Source: a virus
Reading direction: 5' to 3' (one strand)
Virus record (IMG/VR): IMGVR_UViG_3300017991_000083
Span: 1 to 64,000 of that record
Length of the DNA stretch: 64,000 nt
Each line of letters opens with the position of its first letter. Within the stretch, counting starts at the first letter, position 1. The notes beneath the pieces are model-generated. The model saw nothing but the letters and a program-made list of their open reading frames with translations. It ran no database searches and was not told the DNA's origin. Made by a program: the position numbers and the translations under genes. Positions 33,717-44,382 of this stretch are shown here, in pieces.

Positions 33717-36700
33717 CTACGTTTCTTCTCCGTCCCACACCAGGGCCTTGACATCGAGTGAGTTCTTCCTCATATCCAGGCCGAGCTCCGAGATGCTCCA
33801 TCGAACGGTTCTGTCAGAGCACCCGAACGTCGAGGATACAAAGAGCCTAAAGACGTCCTTCAGCTCGAGCCAGGGCATGAACACCACTGCCATGTCCACA
33901 ACCATCCTGGCGACCTGGAAGTAGGCATCGTACACCTGCGCCATCGCGTCTGCAACGTACATGTCCTGGACGAACGGGTTCGTCAGTTGCAGAACCTTGG
34001 CTCCCCACTCAGACGAGCCAGATATCTCAGTCCCGTTCTCGCCGTAGATATCTGTCCAGTCCACGTGGACGCCGTCGTACTGATGGGGCCAGGTCTCTAC
34101 GCCGTTGATCTTGACCAGGTGTTCTGGCTCCGTGATCTGAAGGACGTTGCCACTGGCGATAGAGTGGTCTCGCTTCTGCACGTAGGCCTCGCGCTCGGGC
34201 GAGATTCGGAAGACGGTGTTTGTGATCTCGCAGAGGTACGTGATGGCCTGTCGAATGCTCATGCCCTGACCGAAGTTGGCGATGGTCACGCGAGGGTAGA
34301 CCTCAGTGTCGTAGTGAAACAGGATCCCTCGAGGATGCGTCACGCCGTAGATGCGTCCCGTCCCCGTGGCGAGCAGCTTGCCCGAGATGCCCCAATCGGA
34401 TGCTTGTAGGTTATCGAGGCGCGTCAGCGTGATGGTGCTCCCGTTGTAGGTCGCGCTTACGAGGATGGCGCCGCGGTCCTTGTACAGTGGATGCGCCAGG
34501 ACAGAGTAGACCTTGTCGCTATGCGGGTCGAAGACGTGGCCCATGAACTGGCTGTTGCTCGTGTCCGTGGCGTCGGACAGGGACTGAGACTTGACCATCG
34601 TCACGCCGCTGGAGTCGATGTCGAGCACGAAGTAGAAGTACTGAAGCGCGTCCAAGTCCCCGGTTTCCGCACCGTCATCGCGGTCCCAAAGGGCGCCGTG
34701 GATGATGTGGTTGCTCGAGGAGCTGTCGCCGTCGCAGAGGTTGAGGATGGTATAGCCCTTGTGCCCTCCGTCGTCGTATATCCAGTTGTCCCACACGACT
34801 ACGGACTCGGAGTAGACCCTGTCTATCCGGACCGTGTTCGATGAGATGGAACTCATCCGGATGCGGATCCAGTAGAACTCATCCGTATTGGAGACCTGGG
34901 TCTGTGTCCCGGGGTTCGTCAGGTTATAGAACGTAGACGGGGTCCACCTTTGCTTGTCTGCCGAGTTGAACGGTGGATGGATGCAGATGACTCCGCTCGC
35001 AGACAGCTCGTACGTCCCGTCGAAGTAACGCCTCTCTGACGACTCATCGCTGCCGACGTCGGACATCGTCTCCCAAGCAGAGCCGGTCCAGATCTGTATC
35101 TCCATCGTCCCGCTGACGGTCGGGTCCACGAACTCGAGCTGGACGGAGAGGAACTGCTCTGCCATGCCGAGGTAGAGATAGTCGTCAGTGCTGTCGAGCT
35201 CGACGGTGTACGAAGGCGCGTCCTCCGATGCGAGGTCTGACGAAGAGTCGGTCCACCCCGACGCCGAGTTGTACCAGTAGGCCACACCCGGGCGCTGGAG
35301 ATTGGGGGCGCCGGAGCTGACGAAGAAGAACCCTTCGTCCTTGTAGCTAATGACACGGAGCGCCGCCATGCTGGTCTCGCCGTACCCCATCTCAACGATC
35401 TGCATGACCGCGATGTACCTGTAGTCGTCTATGCCGAGGCACCCGCACAGAACCTGCGTGTCGACACCCTTCCTGTGCCATCGCAGGTACTTGGGACCGT
35501 CCGCGTGCCAGGTGTCGTCTCCTATCCGATGGCGATACATCGCAGAGTGAAGGACACAGCCCGATCCGTTCGTCTCGATGTTCTGGAACCGTTGCTGGTG
35601 GATGCTACCTGTGGCAGATTCGTACTCCAGGAATCCCTCCTGGCCGAACGTGTAGCGCAGTCGGGCAGGATACTTGTGAATGTTGATGGGGAAGTGATCC
35701 CAATGACTGTAGAAGCCTGCCGGGAGATAGATCCACGGGTAGCCCTTAGCCCCGGTAAAGATGGTCGAGACGTCTCGGCCGATGTACATGTAGAGCCCCA
35801 TGAAGAAGACTCCCCTGGACACCAGGCCGGCAGCCGACTGCATTCCAGAGAACAGGTACTGCGCTCCGTTGTACTTGAACTTGCCGCACGTTACGAGCTG
35901 GCCGAACGGGAGAGAGATGTTCTCCCCGTTGTTCATCCCGGCCCCGCCCTCGGTCCACTGTCCGGTCATTCTCTGGTAGGTGCCAGAGGCCTCTCCATCG
36001 ATGTGCTGATCTCGCCCCGGGCGGACGATGTGGGTGCCGGGCCAGACGCCGTAGTAGTAGTCGTCGGCCGCGGCATTCTTCAGGTCATACGTGTATATCT
36101 CGAGGACCGCATCGTCGATGTCGTACTGGAACGCGATGCCAGGACAAGTGTACTGGCTCCAACACCAGTACTTGTATGGGTGAATGGCCAGTCCCCGCAG
36201 GGTCAGATTGCCAGAGACGGTCTCAAGTGCGAGAACGACGATCTGGTAGTCCTCAGACCAGGTGGTCTCATAGTTCCATCCGGTGTCGGATCCCTCTACG
36301 GGGTCTGTGTACCCTGGCCGCGGCACAGTGTAGACGTGCTCGAACTCGGTGTCGCCCTTCACGCGCCAGATCTCGAGCCCTGACGCGACGTAGAGATAGC
36401 CACTCGAAGAGTCGTAGGTCATCGCGGAAATGGGATGCCGGGCCGTCAGGTGTGGGCACCTGCCCCCGTACCCGAATATCTGAGCAGTGTCTATCTCGAG
36501 GTTGAGATCGTCGATGTGCTGAATGCCGGGGGCATACCCGCCACGGACGAGCAGCTTCTGGATGAGCCCGTGTGCGGACATGAGCTGATACCAAGTCGCC
36601 GGCACGGGAATGACCGTGTTGTTCTCGTCGACGTCATGCTTGATTATCACCTGCTGATTCACGGATTCGCCGGGGATGTTCGGGATGTCGACCATTACAT

Positions 36701-39356
36701 TGAGCTGGTCGCCGCGCTTGCCCACCAGGCCGATGATCTTCTGGACCCGGTTGCAGGTGCCGGCAACAGGCGGGTCTCCTGCTGTCGGGGTTCCGGGCCC
36801 GATGACGGCAACGTGGTCGAGCGAGTACATCGTGACGAAGAGATACTCTCCGCACCAGAAGATGAAGTCGGGCGTGATGAACCCCTCGTCGTAGTCTCCG
36901 CTGATGCCCCAAGACTGATGGTCGTAGTACTCGACAGTGGCCCCGTTGTCCTTCAGGACGGTAATCATGTGCTGCTCGGCGGCGACGCCACTAGTGATGC
37001 AAATATAGCCGTCCCTGTCGGGATAGTGCTGGCGGCTGACTCCGCGGACGTTGCGGATCCATCCGTTCTCGGGATCTTCGTTGCCCTGGCCAGGCCCTGC
37101 CGCATCGTCCGATCGTCTGCCCCATCGCCAGATGACCGACTCCGTGTCGGCCCAATCGTACTTGTACAGGGCCCGATCTTCGGTCGTCGGCAGGTGCCAA
37201 ACCGTCGTCGCGAAGAGGCCGTCCTCTTCCTCTACACAGAGCTCAAGGTCATACGTCCTGTCGCCAGCATCGATAAACTCTGGCTGCGTCTCTGTCGTAT
37301 CCTCCGACTTGTTCGTGATGTAGACGTCGTTGTTCCCGCCCTCCCGGCAGATGAACAGCTTGTCGTCCATGTCGAAACGGTCCTGATGCGACGCGACAAT
37401 GCCCCTGTGGGTCTGAGACGGAGAGCTCCCGTAGTCGAAGTAGCCGGCGAAGGTGTAGGGGGCTGTCTTGAGATAGGCCTTCGTCAGTACCCCGTAGGGA
37501 AAGTTGCCGTTGGAACCGTGGACATAGATGTAGGTCCCGTCGCCAGTGATGCTGCGAATGACAAAGCCGCTACCTTCCGTTTGGATGTCCGCTACCCATG
37601 TGCATCCGTCGGGCGGGTCGTTGGTATAGATGAGGACCTTGTTGGCGGTTGTGCCGTTGGTCGCATCGGCCACATAGATGTAGTCCTCGTCAGCCCAAAT
37701 GCCCTTCGGCTGATTCATCTGCCCTTCGCCCGTCCCACTCTCGCCGAAAGTGGCGGCGACCTCGAGGTAGGGCGTCTCGGGGATCTCGTAATCGGCCTCG
37801 GTCTCTATCTTCACGAAGTAGAGTCCGGCCCACCCGAAGTCGGCATCGGGGTCGTTCTCGTCTACGATAGTTACAGGGCGCCAGTCCTCGGGCATCTGCC
37901 AGGTGATCCATCCGTCGACAGAGAATCTCTCCGTTCCGTCGACGTACCCCTCAATGCCGAGATCAGGATCCGCCTCAGGGATCTCGACCCAATTCCCCGG
38001 GCCCTTGCTATAGTAGACCTTGATAGAGAAGTCGCCAGAGGCGGGGTCCTGGATGTCGAAGTACACTCCGCCGAACCGCTCATTGTCGCCCAGGTACAGC
38101 GTGTCGTTTGATCCAAGGAGATCGAAGGGGGTCCCTGGGATTGCGGCCTGATTCGTTCTGTCAGTCCACGTGTCGGTATCGCTGTCGTGGACGATGACAG
38201 CATTGAAGTCGGGTATCGCCTCAGCCTTTCTGCCGCTATCGAACGTGAGAGTGGGCAGGCCCTTCTCATATACCTGTGTCCCGTTCTCCGCAAAGTCTAT
38301 CCAGACGATGTCGGCAGTGTGGTAGTTGGGATTCTTCGCGATGGCCGTCGGACGTCCGAAGTTGAAGATGGCCCGGTTCCCTGCATAGTCGTAGAGATTC
38401 TTGTCGCCGTCAGAGTTGACGTCGTCTTCGTCCTGCACCAGAACCGTGTCGCCGTAGTCCCACTGATATCTGTTCGGATGGACGTACTTGAAGACACGCC
38501 CGCCGGTACGCATGTCGAGACCCGACACCCGGACAATGTCGACCCCCTCGGTCGCTTCGCCGTCAGGGAAGACATACGCCAGGTTCTTCGGTCCGTAGTA
38601 GACCTCGCTCCCATCTAGGGGAGCGTAGTACCGAACAAGCTGGACGCCGGTGAGCTCGACCATCGGGCCGTACGCATTCGAGCACTCGTAGGCGGCCTTA
38701 TGATCGAGATCCTTCATGTAGCCGTAGACTTGGATGGTCAGAGATCGCTCGCTCTTACTCCAGGTTGTCCCGGACGGGTCGACGACGCCGCCGATGATGA
38801 TGGGGCGCTCGTTTGTCTCTGTTAGCCCCTTGTATCCCAACTTCACGGTTATCCAGATGCGATCCGTCGTGTTGAAGAACCCGTCTTCGGTTATCTCGTT
38901 GTAGAGATCCCTGTCGGGGTCGAGCATACTGACCTTGAACGTCCCCGTGTCGAACACGTTCAGGGTCTGTGACTCGACGGACTGTCGGATTCTGGCGATA
39001 GGGCGCTGCGCGAGGTAGGACACAAGCGAGAACTTGTACGCTATGAGACTGTAGAGATCCTCGGTGGCGCTGTAGGTGAAGCCGCTGAGTGTGAGGGTGG
39101 TCCAGTCGTCCGAAGATGAGTACGCCGGCGCCGAGCCGATGGTATATTCGGTCGCAATCCCGCGTGACATCACGCAGACCACGTCGCCGTTCGAGAAGTG
39201 CGAGGTCGCATCGCCGGCCACCCGGATAGCCGTTCCCGACCCACTGACTACGATGCCCGCCCACTGATGCCAGGCATAGACTTCAGTGACAACGGGCGGG
39301 GCCTTGCCCACCCGCGACGACTGCAGTTTGTACCTGTCTGTGACTGTCAGGGTCAT
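33717..39356 (-). CDS. Large tail tip/hub protein (1879 aa)
   Basis: Follows the tape measure; NHL-like repeat (GEGQMNQPKGIWAD..YIYVAD); two beta-sandwich modules; hub-like C-terminus. Confidence 0.85.
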   Translation of the reverse strand: MTLTVTDRYKLQSSRVGKAPPVVTEVYAWHQWAGIVVSGSGTAIRVAGDATSHFSNGDVVCVMSRGIATEYTIGSAPAYSSSDDWTTLTLSGFTYSATEDLYSLIAYKFSLVSYLAQRPIARIRQSVESQTLNVFDTGTFKVSMLDPDRDLYNEITEDGFFNTTDRIWITVKLGYKGLTETNERPIIIGGVVDPSGTTWSKSERSLTIQVYGYMKDLDHKAAYECSNAYGPMVELTGVQLVRYYAPLDGSEVYYGPKNLAYVFPDGEATEGVDIVRVSGLDMRTGGRVFKYVHPNRYQWDYGDTVLVQDEDDVNSDGDKNLYDYAGNRAIFNFGRPTAIAKNPNYHTADIVWIDFAENGTQVYEKGLPTLTFDSGRKAEAIPDFNAVIVHDSDTDTWTDRTNQAAIPGTPFDLLGSNDTLYLGDNERFGGVYFDIQDPASGDFSIKVYYSKGPGNWVEIPEADPDLGIEGYVDGTERFSVDGWITWQMPEDWRPVTIVDENDPDADFGWAGLYFVKIETEADYEIPETPYLEVAATFGESGTGEGQMNQPKGIWADEDYIYVADATNGTTANKVLIYTNDPPDGCTWVADIQTEGSGFVIRSITGDGTYIYVHGSNGNFPYGVLTKAYLKTAPYTFAGYFDYGSSPSQTHRGIVASHQDRFDMDDKLFICREGGNNDVYITNKSEDTTETQPEFIDAGDRTYDLELCVEEEDGLFATTVWHLPTTEDRALYKYDWADTESVIWRWGRRSDDAAGPGQGNEDPENGWIRNVRGVSRQHYPDRDGYICITSGVAAEQHMITVLKDNGATVEYYDHQSWGISGDYDEGFITPDFIFWCGEYLFVTMYSLDHVAVIGPGTPTAGDPPVAGTCNRVQKIIGLVGKRGDQLNVMVDIPNIPGESVNQQVIIKHDVDENNTVIPVPATWYQLMSAHGLIQKLLVRGGYAPGIQHIDDLNLEIDTAQIFGYGGRCPHLTARHPISAMTYDSSSGYLYVASGLEIWRVKGDTEFEHVYTVPRPGYTDPVEGSDTGWNYETTWSEDYQIVVLALETVSGNLTLRGLAIHPYKYWCWSQYTCPGIAFQYDIDDAVLEIYTYDLKNAAADDYYYGVWPGTHIVRPGRDQHIDGEASGTYQRMTGQWTEGGAGMNNGENISLPFGQLVTCGKFKYNGAQYLFSGMQSAAGLVSRGVFFMGLYMYIGRDVSTIFTGAKGYPWIYLPAGFYSHWDHFPINIHKYPARLRYTFGQEGFLEYESATGSIHQQRFQNIETNGSGCVLHSAMYRHRIGDDTWHADGPKYLRWHRKGVDTQVLCGCLGIDDYRYIAVMQIVEMGYGETSMAALRVISYKDEGFFFVSSGAPNLQRPGVAYWYNSASGWTDSSSDLASEDAPSYTVELDSTDDYLYLGMAEQFLSVQLEFVDPTVSGTMEIQIWTGSAWETMSDVGSDESSERRYFDGTYELSASGVICIHPPFNSADKQRWTPSTFYNLTNPGTQTQVSNTDEFYWIRIRMSSISSNTVRIDRVYSESVVVWDNWIYDDGGHKGYTILNLCDGDSSSSNHIIHGALWDRDDGAETGDLDALQYFYFVLDIDSSGVTMVKSQSLSDATDTSNSQFMGHVFDPHSDKVYSVLAHPLYKDRGAILVSATYNGSTITLTRLDNLQASDWGISGKLLATGTGRIYGVTHPRGILFHYDTEVYPRVTIANFGQGMSIRQAITYLCEITNTVFRISPEREAYVQKRDHSIASGNVLQITEPEHLVKINGVETWPHQYDGVHVDWTDIYGENGTEISGSSEWGAKVLQLTNPFVQDMYVADAMAQVYDAYFQVARMVVDMAVVFMPWLELKDVFRLFVSSTFGCSDRTVRWSISELGLDMRKNSLDVKALVWDGEET

Positions 39357-42300
39357 CAGTCAATCGCCTCGCCAGTGGCGTTGCGGAGCCGCTGGATCAT
39401 CCGCCTCTTCGCCGGGAGCATCACCTTCTCGTAGAAGTCGTCGACGGAGTCCTCGTCGATCGAGAGCATCCCGCCAGGAGCGACGATGATCTGGTCCGGA
39501 GTGCTTCCGGCGATGATGGAGAGAAAGTCCTCTCTGTCCATGCCCATCGACTCCCAGGGCGCCTGTGCCGGCCGGGTCTCCGGTATCGTTGCCTGTCCCA
39601 TGCCGGCGCCAGGAAACGGCATCTCTGCCATCGACTCGACAAGGTCTGTGAGCTTCGGCGACAATAGCCGTTCGTCATGGTGGATGTAGGCGAATCCGTC
39701 CCGGACATTCTTGCCACCGACCTTTCCCACGAACGGCGTGTTGCCAGATACCGGGTCCTGCGTGCTGAACGCCGTCGACGCTGCTCCACTGGACGTCGAT
39801 GAGCTAGCCGCGCCTGCAGCGTCTCCGAGGCCGGGGAGCAGGTTCAGCATCCAGGCCAGGGCCTTCGCGAAGAGCAGGCGCCAGATGAGCTTGCCGACCT
39901 CCTCGAGCATGATGGCAACGGCGTTGACTACGGCCTCGGCGACCGGGTCCAGGGCCTTCTTGATGATGGCGTCCTTGATGGTCTGGCCGAGATCCGTCCA
40001 GATCTGTTCGGCCTCCTTCGAGTCGCGCCGCAGGGCGTTCAGCCAGTTGACCGTCGCGTTGCTCAGGGAGTTGGCGATATTGCTCGACCAGCGCTCCCAC
40101 GACTGGCGGCGCTGTTCGGCGATCTCCTGCTCAACTTCCACAAGCTCAGCCTGCAGTGCGAGATAATCTTCGTTCCCCTCGGCCGTCGCCGCCAGACGTG
40201 CCTGTATGTAGTCGCGGTACTCTGTCAGGCTCATGCGGTTCTTGTTTCGTTCGGCCTGGAGCTCCTCCTCGAGCTCGCTTCTGCGAATGGCTACAAGGGC
40301 CTGCTTCAGAACGATGGCCGCCAGGGTCTCGATCTCGTTGCGGTGCTCGCCGGCCTCTTTGGCCAGATCCATGTCTTCAGCGTACTGGGCATGGGCCCGG
40401 GCCCGGGCTTCGGCGTACTGCCCCTCTTCGGCAGCTATCCGGAGCTGCTTGAGCCTGTCGAGGAACTGCTTCCGGTTCCTGAGGGTCTCTTCGTCAGCGT
40501 CCTTCTGGATCTGTGCCTTGGCGAGCTGCAGGGCCTTCTCGGCCGCGAGGCGGAGATCCGATTCCTGACTCGCAAGGTCCTCGATCAGAGTAAGCAGGAT
40601 ATCCCTCGTCGCCTCGGCTTCGGCGATCTTCTGGACGTCGGTCTCCTTGGCCATTGACGCTTCGATGTCCGCGACCTGCTCCCTGAGATTCTCCTGGTAT
40701 CCCGCCAGGCCATCGGCCAGGGCAATATCCTCGTCATACTGACGCTGTGCGGCCTCGCGACGGCGGTCGAACTCGTTCTCGATATTGTCGAGGGTGATAG
40801 CCTTCAGCCTTTCGGCCGCTTCCGTCTGCAGCTTGACGATGGCGTCTATCTCTTCCTCGCTGAGGCCGTAGTTGGTGTCCTCGCCCCCTCCGAGATCGGT
40901 GAGCCAGCCTTTCAGTGTGGCGATGGTCATGATGAGCTCGCGCATCTCCGCGTCTATCTCGTTGATCCTCGCGAGCTGCTCGTTGTACTCCTTCTCGGTG
41001 CCCAGGTACTCGGAGATGGAAATGCCACCAGCGCCGCCCTCCCCGGCCGACAGCGCCTCGAGCCTGGCCTTCTTATAGCCCTCCCACTTCGCCGAAAGCT
41101 CGGCAAAGCCTTCGTTCTCTGTGGCGAATCGCTTCTTGACCATCTCCAGATCCATCTGAGCGATCTCGAGCTGAGCCTGCCACCTGTCCTGGTTCAACTT
41201 CAGCATCATCTGGTGATTGGCTACGAGAGTCGTGCGGTACTCCTCCAGGGCATCGCGGTTGATCCCGATCACGTTCCCGAGATCATCGAACCCGGTGACG
41301 ACCTGCGGGAGTGCGTTGCCGAGCATGTTCATGACGCGCTGGAGCTCTGCTGTCTCGGCGTTGCTCTTGGCGGTGATGCCGTTGAGCTCGTCGAGCTTGG
41401 TGGTGAGCTTGTCCAGGCTCTCGATCTCGCTACCCATCGCGTCGATGGTCTTCTTTATCTCGGCACTACGCTCGACCTGGCCCTGGATCGAGAGCTCTTC
41501 CATCTTCCGGGCGGCGGCGCCAACTCCCACGAACGCGGCGACAAGGGCACCGAGCGCGGCGACGATCCACCCGACCGGACCGGCCAGGCCAAGAAGCACG
41601 TTCTTGACCATTGATAGGCCAACGGCGATGCGCGGCAGCAGCGACACCATGAATCCAAGGACGCCCGTGAGCAGGGTGAGTCCGCCCGCGGCCGTCGTCG
41701 AGAACGCGGCGACACGCTGCATCCATTCCGGCAGATCGCCGAGAAATAGCGCCGTCTCTCGTAGGCCGTCCGCGACCTTGCGGAGCACGGGGACCAGCGC
41801 CTGGCCGAACTGGAGCACGATCTCGTTGATGGAGTTCCGGAGTTTCTTCAGGGTCCCAATGAACGTGTCCGTCTGGATATCGAGCATCTCGTAGGCCTTG
41901 TTCGTGCCGGAGATGCTCATCTCCATCTCCTCGAGCCTGGCCGAGCCGGCCGTCACAAGGTTCAGAATGCCCGCCAGAGCACGAGCGCCGAAGATGACCG
42001 AGGCCGCTCGCGGCGTTATCTTGTGCTCCTCGAACTGCCTGACGATATCGACGAGGCTGTTCAGGGTCGGATCGACGTCCTTCGCTGCGATGCCTAGGTT
42101 CTCGATTTCGCGACGGGCCATAGGCGTGAGTCTCGCGAGCCGGACCAGCGACATCCTGAGCGCCGTGCCGGCCATCGAGGCCTCCATGCCAGAGTTGTAG
42201 AGCAGCCCAAGCGCGGCAACGACGGTCTCGAACTCCTGGCCGGCGTTGTGCGCGATAGGCGCCACATACCTCATGGAGATCGCCAGGCGCTCGGCCGTGG

Positions 42301-42868
42301 CCTGAGACTTGGAGATGGCCGCGGCGTAGGCGTTCGCGACACGGTCCGCGTTCTCCGTCCCCATCGCGAAGGCGTTCATGGCGGCGACGACCATCTGAGT
42401 CGTCTGACCCAGGTCGTTCATCGTCGCGCCGGCAAGGGTCAGGGTCGCGCCAAGGGCCTCGACGGTCTGTTCGGCATTGTAACCGGCACTGGCCAGGTAG
42501 TACATCGCCTGGGCCGTCTCGCGGGCGGAGAAGATGGTCGTCTGACCCCAATCTCGGGCAATCTCGCGCATCGAGGTCATGTCCCGGAAGTGCTCGCCCA
42601 GGACCGACCCGACGTTCGCCATCTCCTGCTCGAACTGCGCGAACTGCCGGACCGACATCGCGGCCATCGCGGTGATGGCGGCGCCGGCGATCGTCGCCGC
42701 CATCCCCATCCGCTGGAGCTGAGGGCTGACCTCAGCGACCTGACGCTGGAAGTGACCGAGATGAGCCTTGGCGAGCTGTGTTCCGGAGACAAGCCCGGTC
42801 AGGTTCGCGTTGATAGCCACGAACACTGTGCCGAGCGATACCGCCCCCATGCCTACGCCGAACGCCAT
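39356..42868 (-). CDS. Tape measure protein, TP901 family
   Basis: FEQEMANV, T.FSARETAQAM..LA.AG, ASMAGTALR; hydrophobic segment and long coiled coil. Confidence 0.95.
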   Translation of the reverse strand: MAFGVGMGAVSLGTVFVAINANLTGLVSGTQLAKAHLGHFQRQVAEVSPQLQRMGMAATIAGAAITAMAAMSVRQFAQFEQEMANVGSVLGEHFRDMTSMREIARDWGQTTIFSARETAQAMYYLASAGYNAEQTVEALGATLTLAGATMNDLGQTTQMVVAAMNAFAMGTENADRVANAYAAAISKSQATAERLAISMRYVAPIAHNAGQEFETVVAALGLLYNSGMEASMAGTALRMSLVRLARLTPMARREIENLGIAAKDVDPTLNSLVDIVRQFEEHKITPRAASVIFGARALAGILNLVTAGSARLEEMEMSISGTNKAYEMLDIQTDTFIGTLKKLRNSINEIVLQFGQALVPVLRKVADGLRETALFLGDLPEWMQRVAAFSTTAAGGLTLLTGVLGFMVSLLPRIAVGLSMVKNVLLGLAGPVGWIVAALGALVAAFVGVGAAARKMEELSIQGQVERSAEIKKTIDAMGSEIESLDKLTTKLDELNGITAKSNAETAELQRVMNMLGNALPQVVTGFDDLGNVIGINRDALEEYRTTLVANHQMMLKLNQDRWQAQLEIAQMDLEMVKKRFATENEGFAELSAKWEGYKKARLEALSAGEGGAGGISISEYLGTEKEYNEQLARINEIDAEMRELIMTIATLKGWLTDLGGGEDTNYGLSEEEIDAIVKLQTEAAERLKAITLDNIENEFDRRREAAQRQYDEDIALADGLAGYQENLREQVADIEASMAKETDVQKIAEAEATRDILLTLIEDLASQESDLRLAAEKALQLAKAQIQKDADEETLRNRKQFLDRLKQLRIAAEEGQYAEARARAHAQYAEDMDLAKEAGEHRNEIETLAAIVLKQALVAIRRSELEEELQAERNKNRMSLTEYRDYIQARLAATAEGNEDYLALQAELVEVEQEIAEQRRQSWERWSSNIANSLSNATVNWLNALRRDSKEAEQIWTDLGQTIKDAIIKKALDPVAEAVVNAVAIMLEEVGKLIWRLLFAKALAWMLNLLPGLGDAAGAASSSTSSGAASTAFSTQDPVSGNTPFVGKVGGKNVRDGFAYIHHDERLLSPKLTDLVESMAEMPFPGAGMGQATIPETRPAQAPWESMGMDREDFLSIIAGSTPDQIIVAPGGMLSIDEDSVDDFYEKVMLPAKRRMIQRLRNATGEAID

Positions 42869-42871
42869 CTT

Positions 42872-43432
42872 CTATCCCTTCTTCCGTTTCTTCTTCCGCT
42901 TGTCGATTACCTGGAAGCCCGGCACTGTCCCTGGCTTGGCGCCCGGAAGGCCGAACAGGGCCCGAGGGTCTTGGATCTTGAGCTTCGACTTCGTGATGCG
43001 GCCGGACTTGTCCTTGACCTGATCGACCTCTGTCGTCGCTCTAGGTGGGCAGACCAGGACATTACCCTTCCCCTTCACGTAGCGGGCGGTATAGGCGCCC
43101 TGTCCGTCCCCTCGCTGTCCTCCTACCTTGAGCCCGGGGCCGGGGGTTTCCCCGGCATCTCCCCCATGTGCCTTCAGCGCTTCCTTCTGCAGATGGCTCC
43201 TTACCTGCATCGACTCACGGAGACCCTGCAGCAGCAGCCTGGCCTGAGGACGGGTAAGCTGCAGGATGTCCCCCAGGGGCCACTTGAACTCTTGAGCAAA
43301 TCGGACCACCAGTGCCCGCCACGAGCCCATCGCCTTGAGGAGCTCAGGGGGCAGGGTCTCTATTTGCTCGCCGGTCTCGCTGCGAGGACCGCTTCGCCCG
43401 CCGCCGAGACCGTTTTCATCCCGTCGAAAAAA
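42872..43432 (-). CDS. Tail assembly chaperone, -1 frameshift extension (gpGT-like)
   Basis: The -1 frame is open from the slippery site; WPLGDILQLTRPQ motif typical of gpT parts. Confidence 0.7.
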   Translation of the reverse strand, partial: FFRRDENGLGGGRSGPRSETGEQIETLPPELLKAMGSWRALVVRFAQEFKWPLGDILQLTRPQARLLLQGLRESMQVRSHLQKEALKAHGGDAGETPGPGLKVGGQRGDGQGAYTARYVKGKGNVLVCPPRATTEVDQVKDKSGRITKSKLKIQDPRALFGLPGAKPGTVPGFQVIDKRKKKRKKG

Positions 43433-43830
43433 TCGTTGAGGTTGAGAATCGCCATCAGGAGCGGCGGGAAGCACCCGATCGGCATCTTCTTCAGCCGCTC
43501 AACGGTCAGATGTGGGTGGTGCTGGCGAAGTCCGTAGTGCGCGATATCGGCCAGGACCTGAATCGCCTCCTCAGGAACGACCTGCCCATCTTTCAGCTCC
43601 AGGGCATCCAGCTCGAAGAGCTTCGCCTGCAGGTCCGGAAGCTCGTCCATCGGGACGGCGCAGACCTTGAACGGCACGCCGCGCAGAATCACGGGCTCCG
43701 GGGCGTTCCGGAGCGCATCGATCTCATCCTGCTCGGGCGGTATCGCGGATTCGTCGACCGCCGCCGCGATCGGCTTCTCCTCAGGTGCCGCTCCGTCCTG
43801 CTCCACTGCCTCGTTCTTCTCTTCGGCCAT
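43360..43830 (-). CDS. Tail assembly chaperone (gpG-like)
   Basis: Lies between the tail tube and tape measure genes; contains the slippery site. Confidence 0.8.
   Translation of the reverse strand: MAEEKNEAVEQDGAAPEEKPIAAAVDESAIPPEQDEIDALRNAPEPVILRGVPFKVCAVPMDELPDLQAKLFELDALELKDGQVVPEEAIQVLADIAHYGLRQHHPHLTVERLKKMPIGCFPPLLMAILNLNDFFDGMKTVSAAGEAVLAARPASK
43426..43432 (-). other. -1 ribosomal frameshift heptamer T TTT TTC
   Basis: GAT TTT TTC in the gpG frame; the -1 frame continues to 42872. Confidence 0.75.
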
Positions 43831-43856
43831 TTACAGGCTCCTTTTCGAGGGGCGGT

Positions 43857-43884
43857 CCGGGCCAGGTCGACACCCCTGGCCCGG
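43857..43884 (-). terminator. GC-rich hairpin after the tail tube gene (attenuator or mRNA stabiliser; no U-tract)
   Basis: CCGGGCCAGG-N8-CCTGGCCCGG. Confidence 0.5.
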
Positions 43885-43898
43885 CCCTATCCCCAGGC

Positions 43899-44351
43899 CT
43901 AGCTCTCGTCTCCGAGTTCGATCGTGCCGACGCTGTTGCTGCTGTCGGCCGTGGCCTCGAAGTCGAAGTTGGGAATGACGTGCGAGTCTCGTGCGAACGG
44001 GAACCTCAGGTTCGTCGCCCGGCACTCGTTGAGCGTGATGGTGAACGTCACGCTGTCGGTTGTCATGGTGAACTCGAGCTGCCAGGTGTCGGGATACGAC
44101 GTGTTGGAGAGCGCCACCGACGTCCCGGTTCTCGTGCCACCAGTGAGTCGCTCGACTCCCTTCGCGGTCAGATTCGCGAACTCGGCGCTGCCGGTGATCG
44201 ACCCGGTATGCGTCCGAATGTCCTTCGGGAAGAGACCCGCACCGCTGTAGAGCTTCGCGACGTCGAAGCTGAAGTCGAGACTGAAGTTCTGCAGATGGCC
44301 CAGGATCTCCCCGTCCTGGCGCATTGTGCCAAGACCGAACTGGATAGCCAC
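43899..44351 (-). CDS. Major tail tube protein
   Basis: 150-aa beta-rich protein between terminator and chaperone genes; strong SD; 3' hairpin. Confidence 0.8.
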   Translation of the reverse strand: MAIQFGLGTMRQDGEILGHLQNFSLDFSFDVAKLYSGAGLFPKDIRTHTGSITGSAEFANLTAKGVERLTGGTRTGTSVALSNTSYPDTWQLEFTMTTDSVTFTITLNECRATNLRFPFARDSHVIPNFDFEATADSSNSVGTIELGDES

Positions 44352-44382
44352 TAGATATTCACCCCCTCCCTAAGTGGGTCTA

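Noticed and set aside
33717-39356. Diversity-generating retroelement target
   Set aside because: No reverse transcriptase and no near-identical TR/VR pair differing at adenines was seen.
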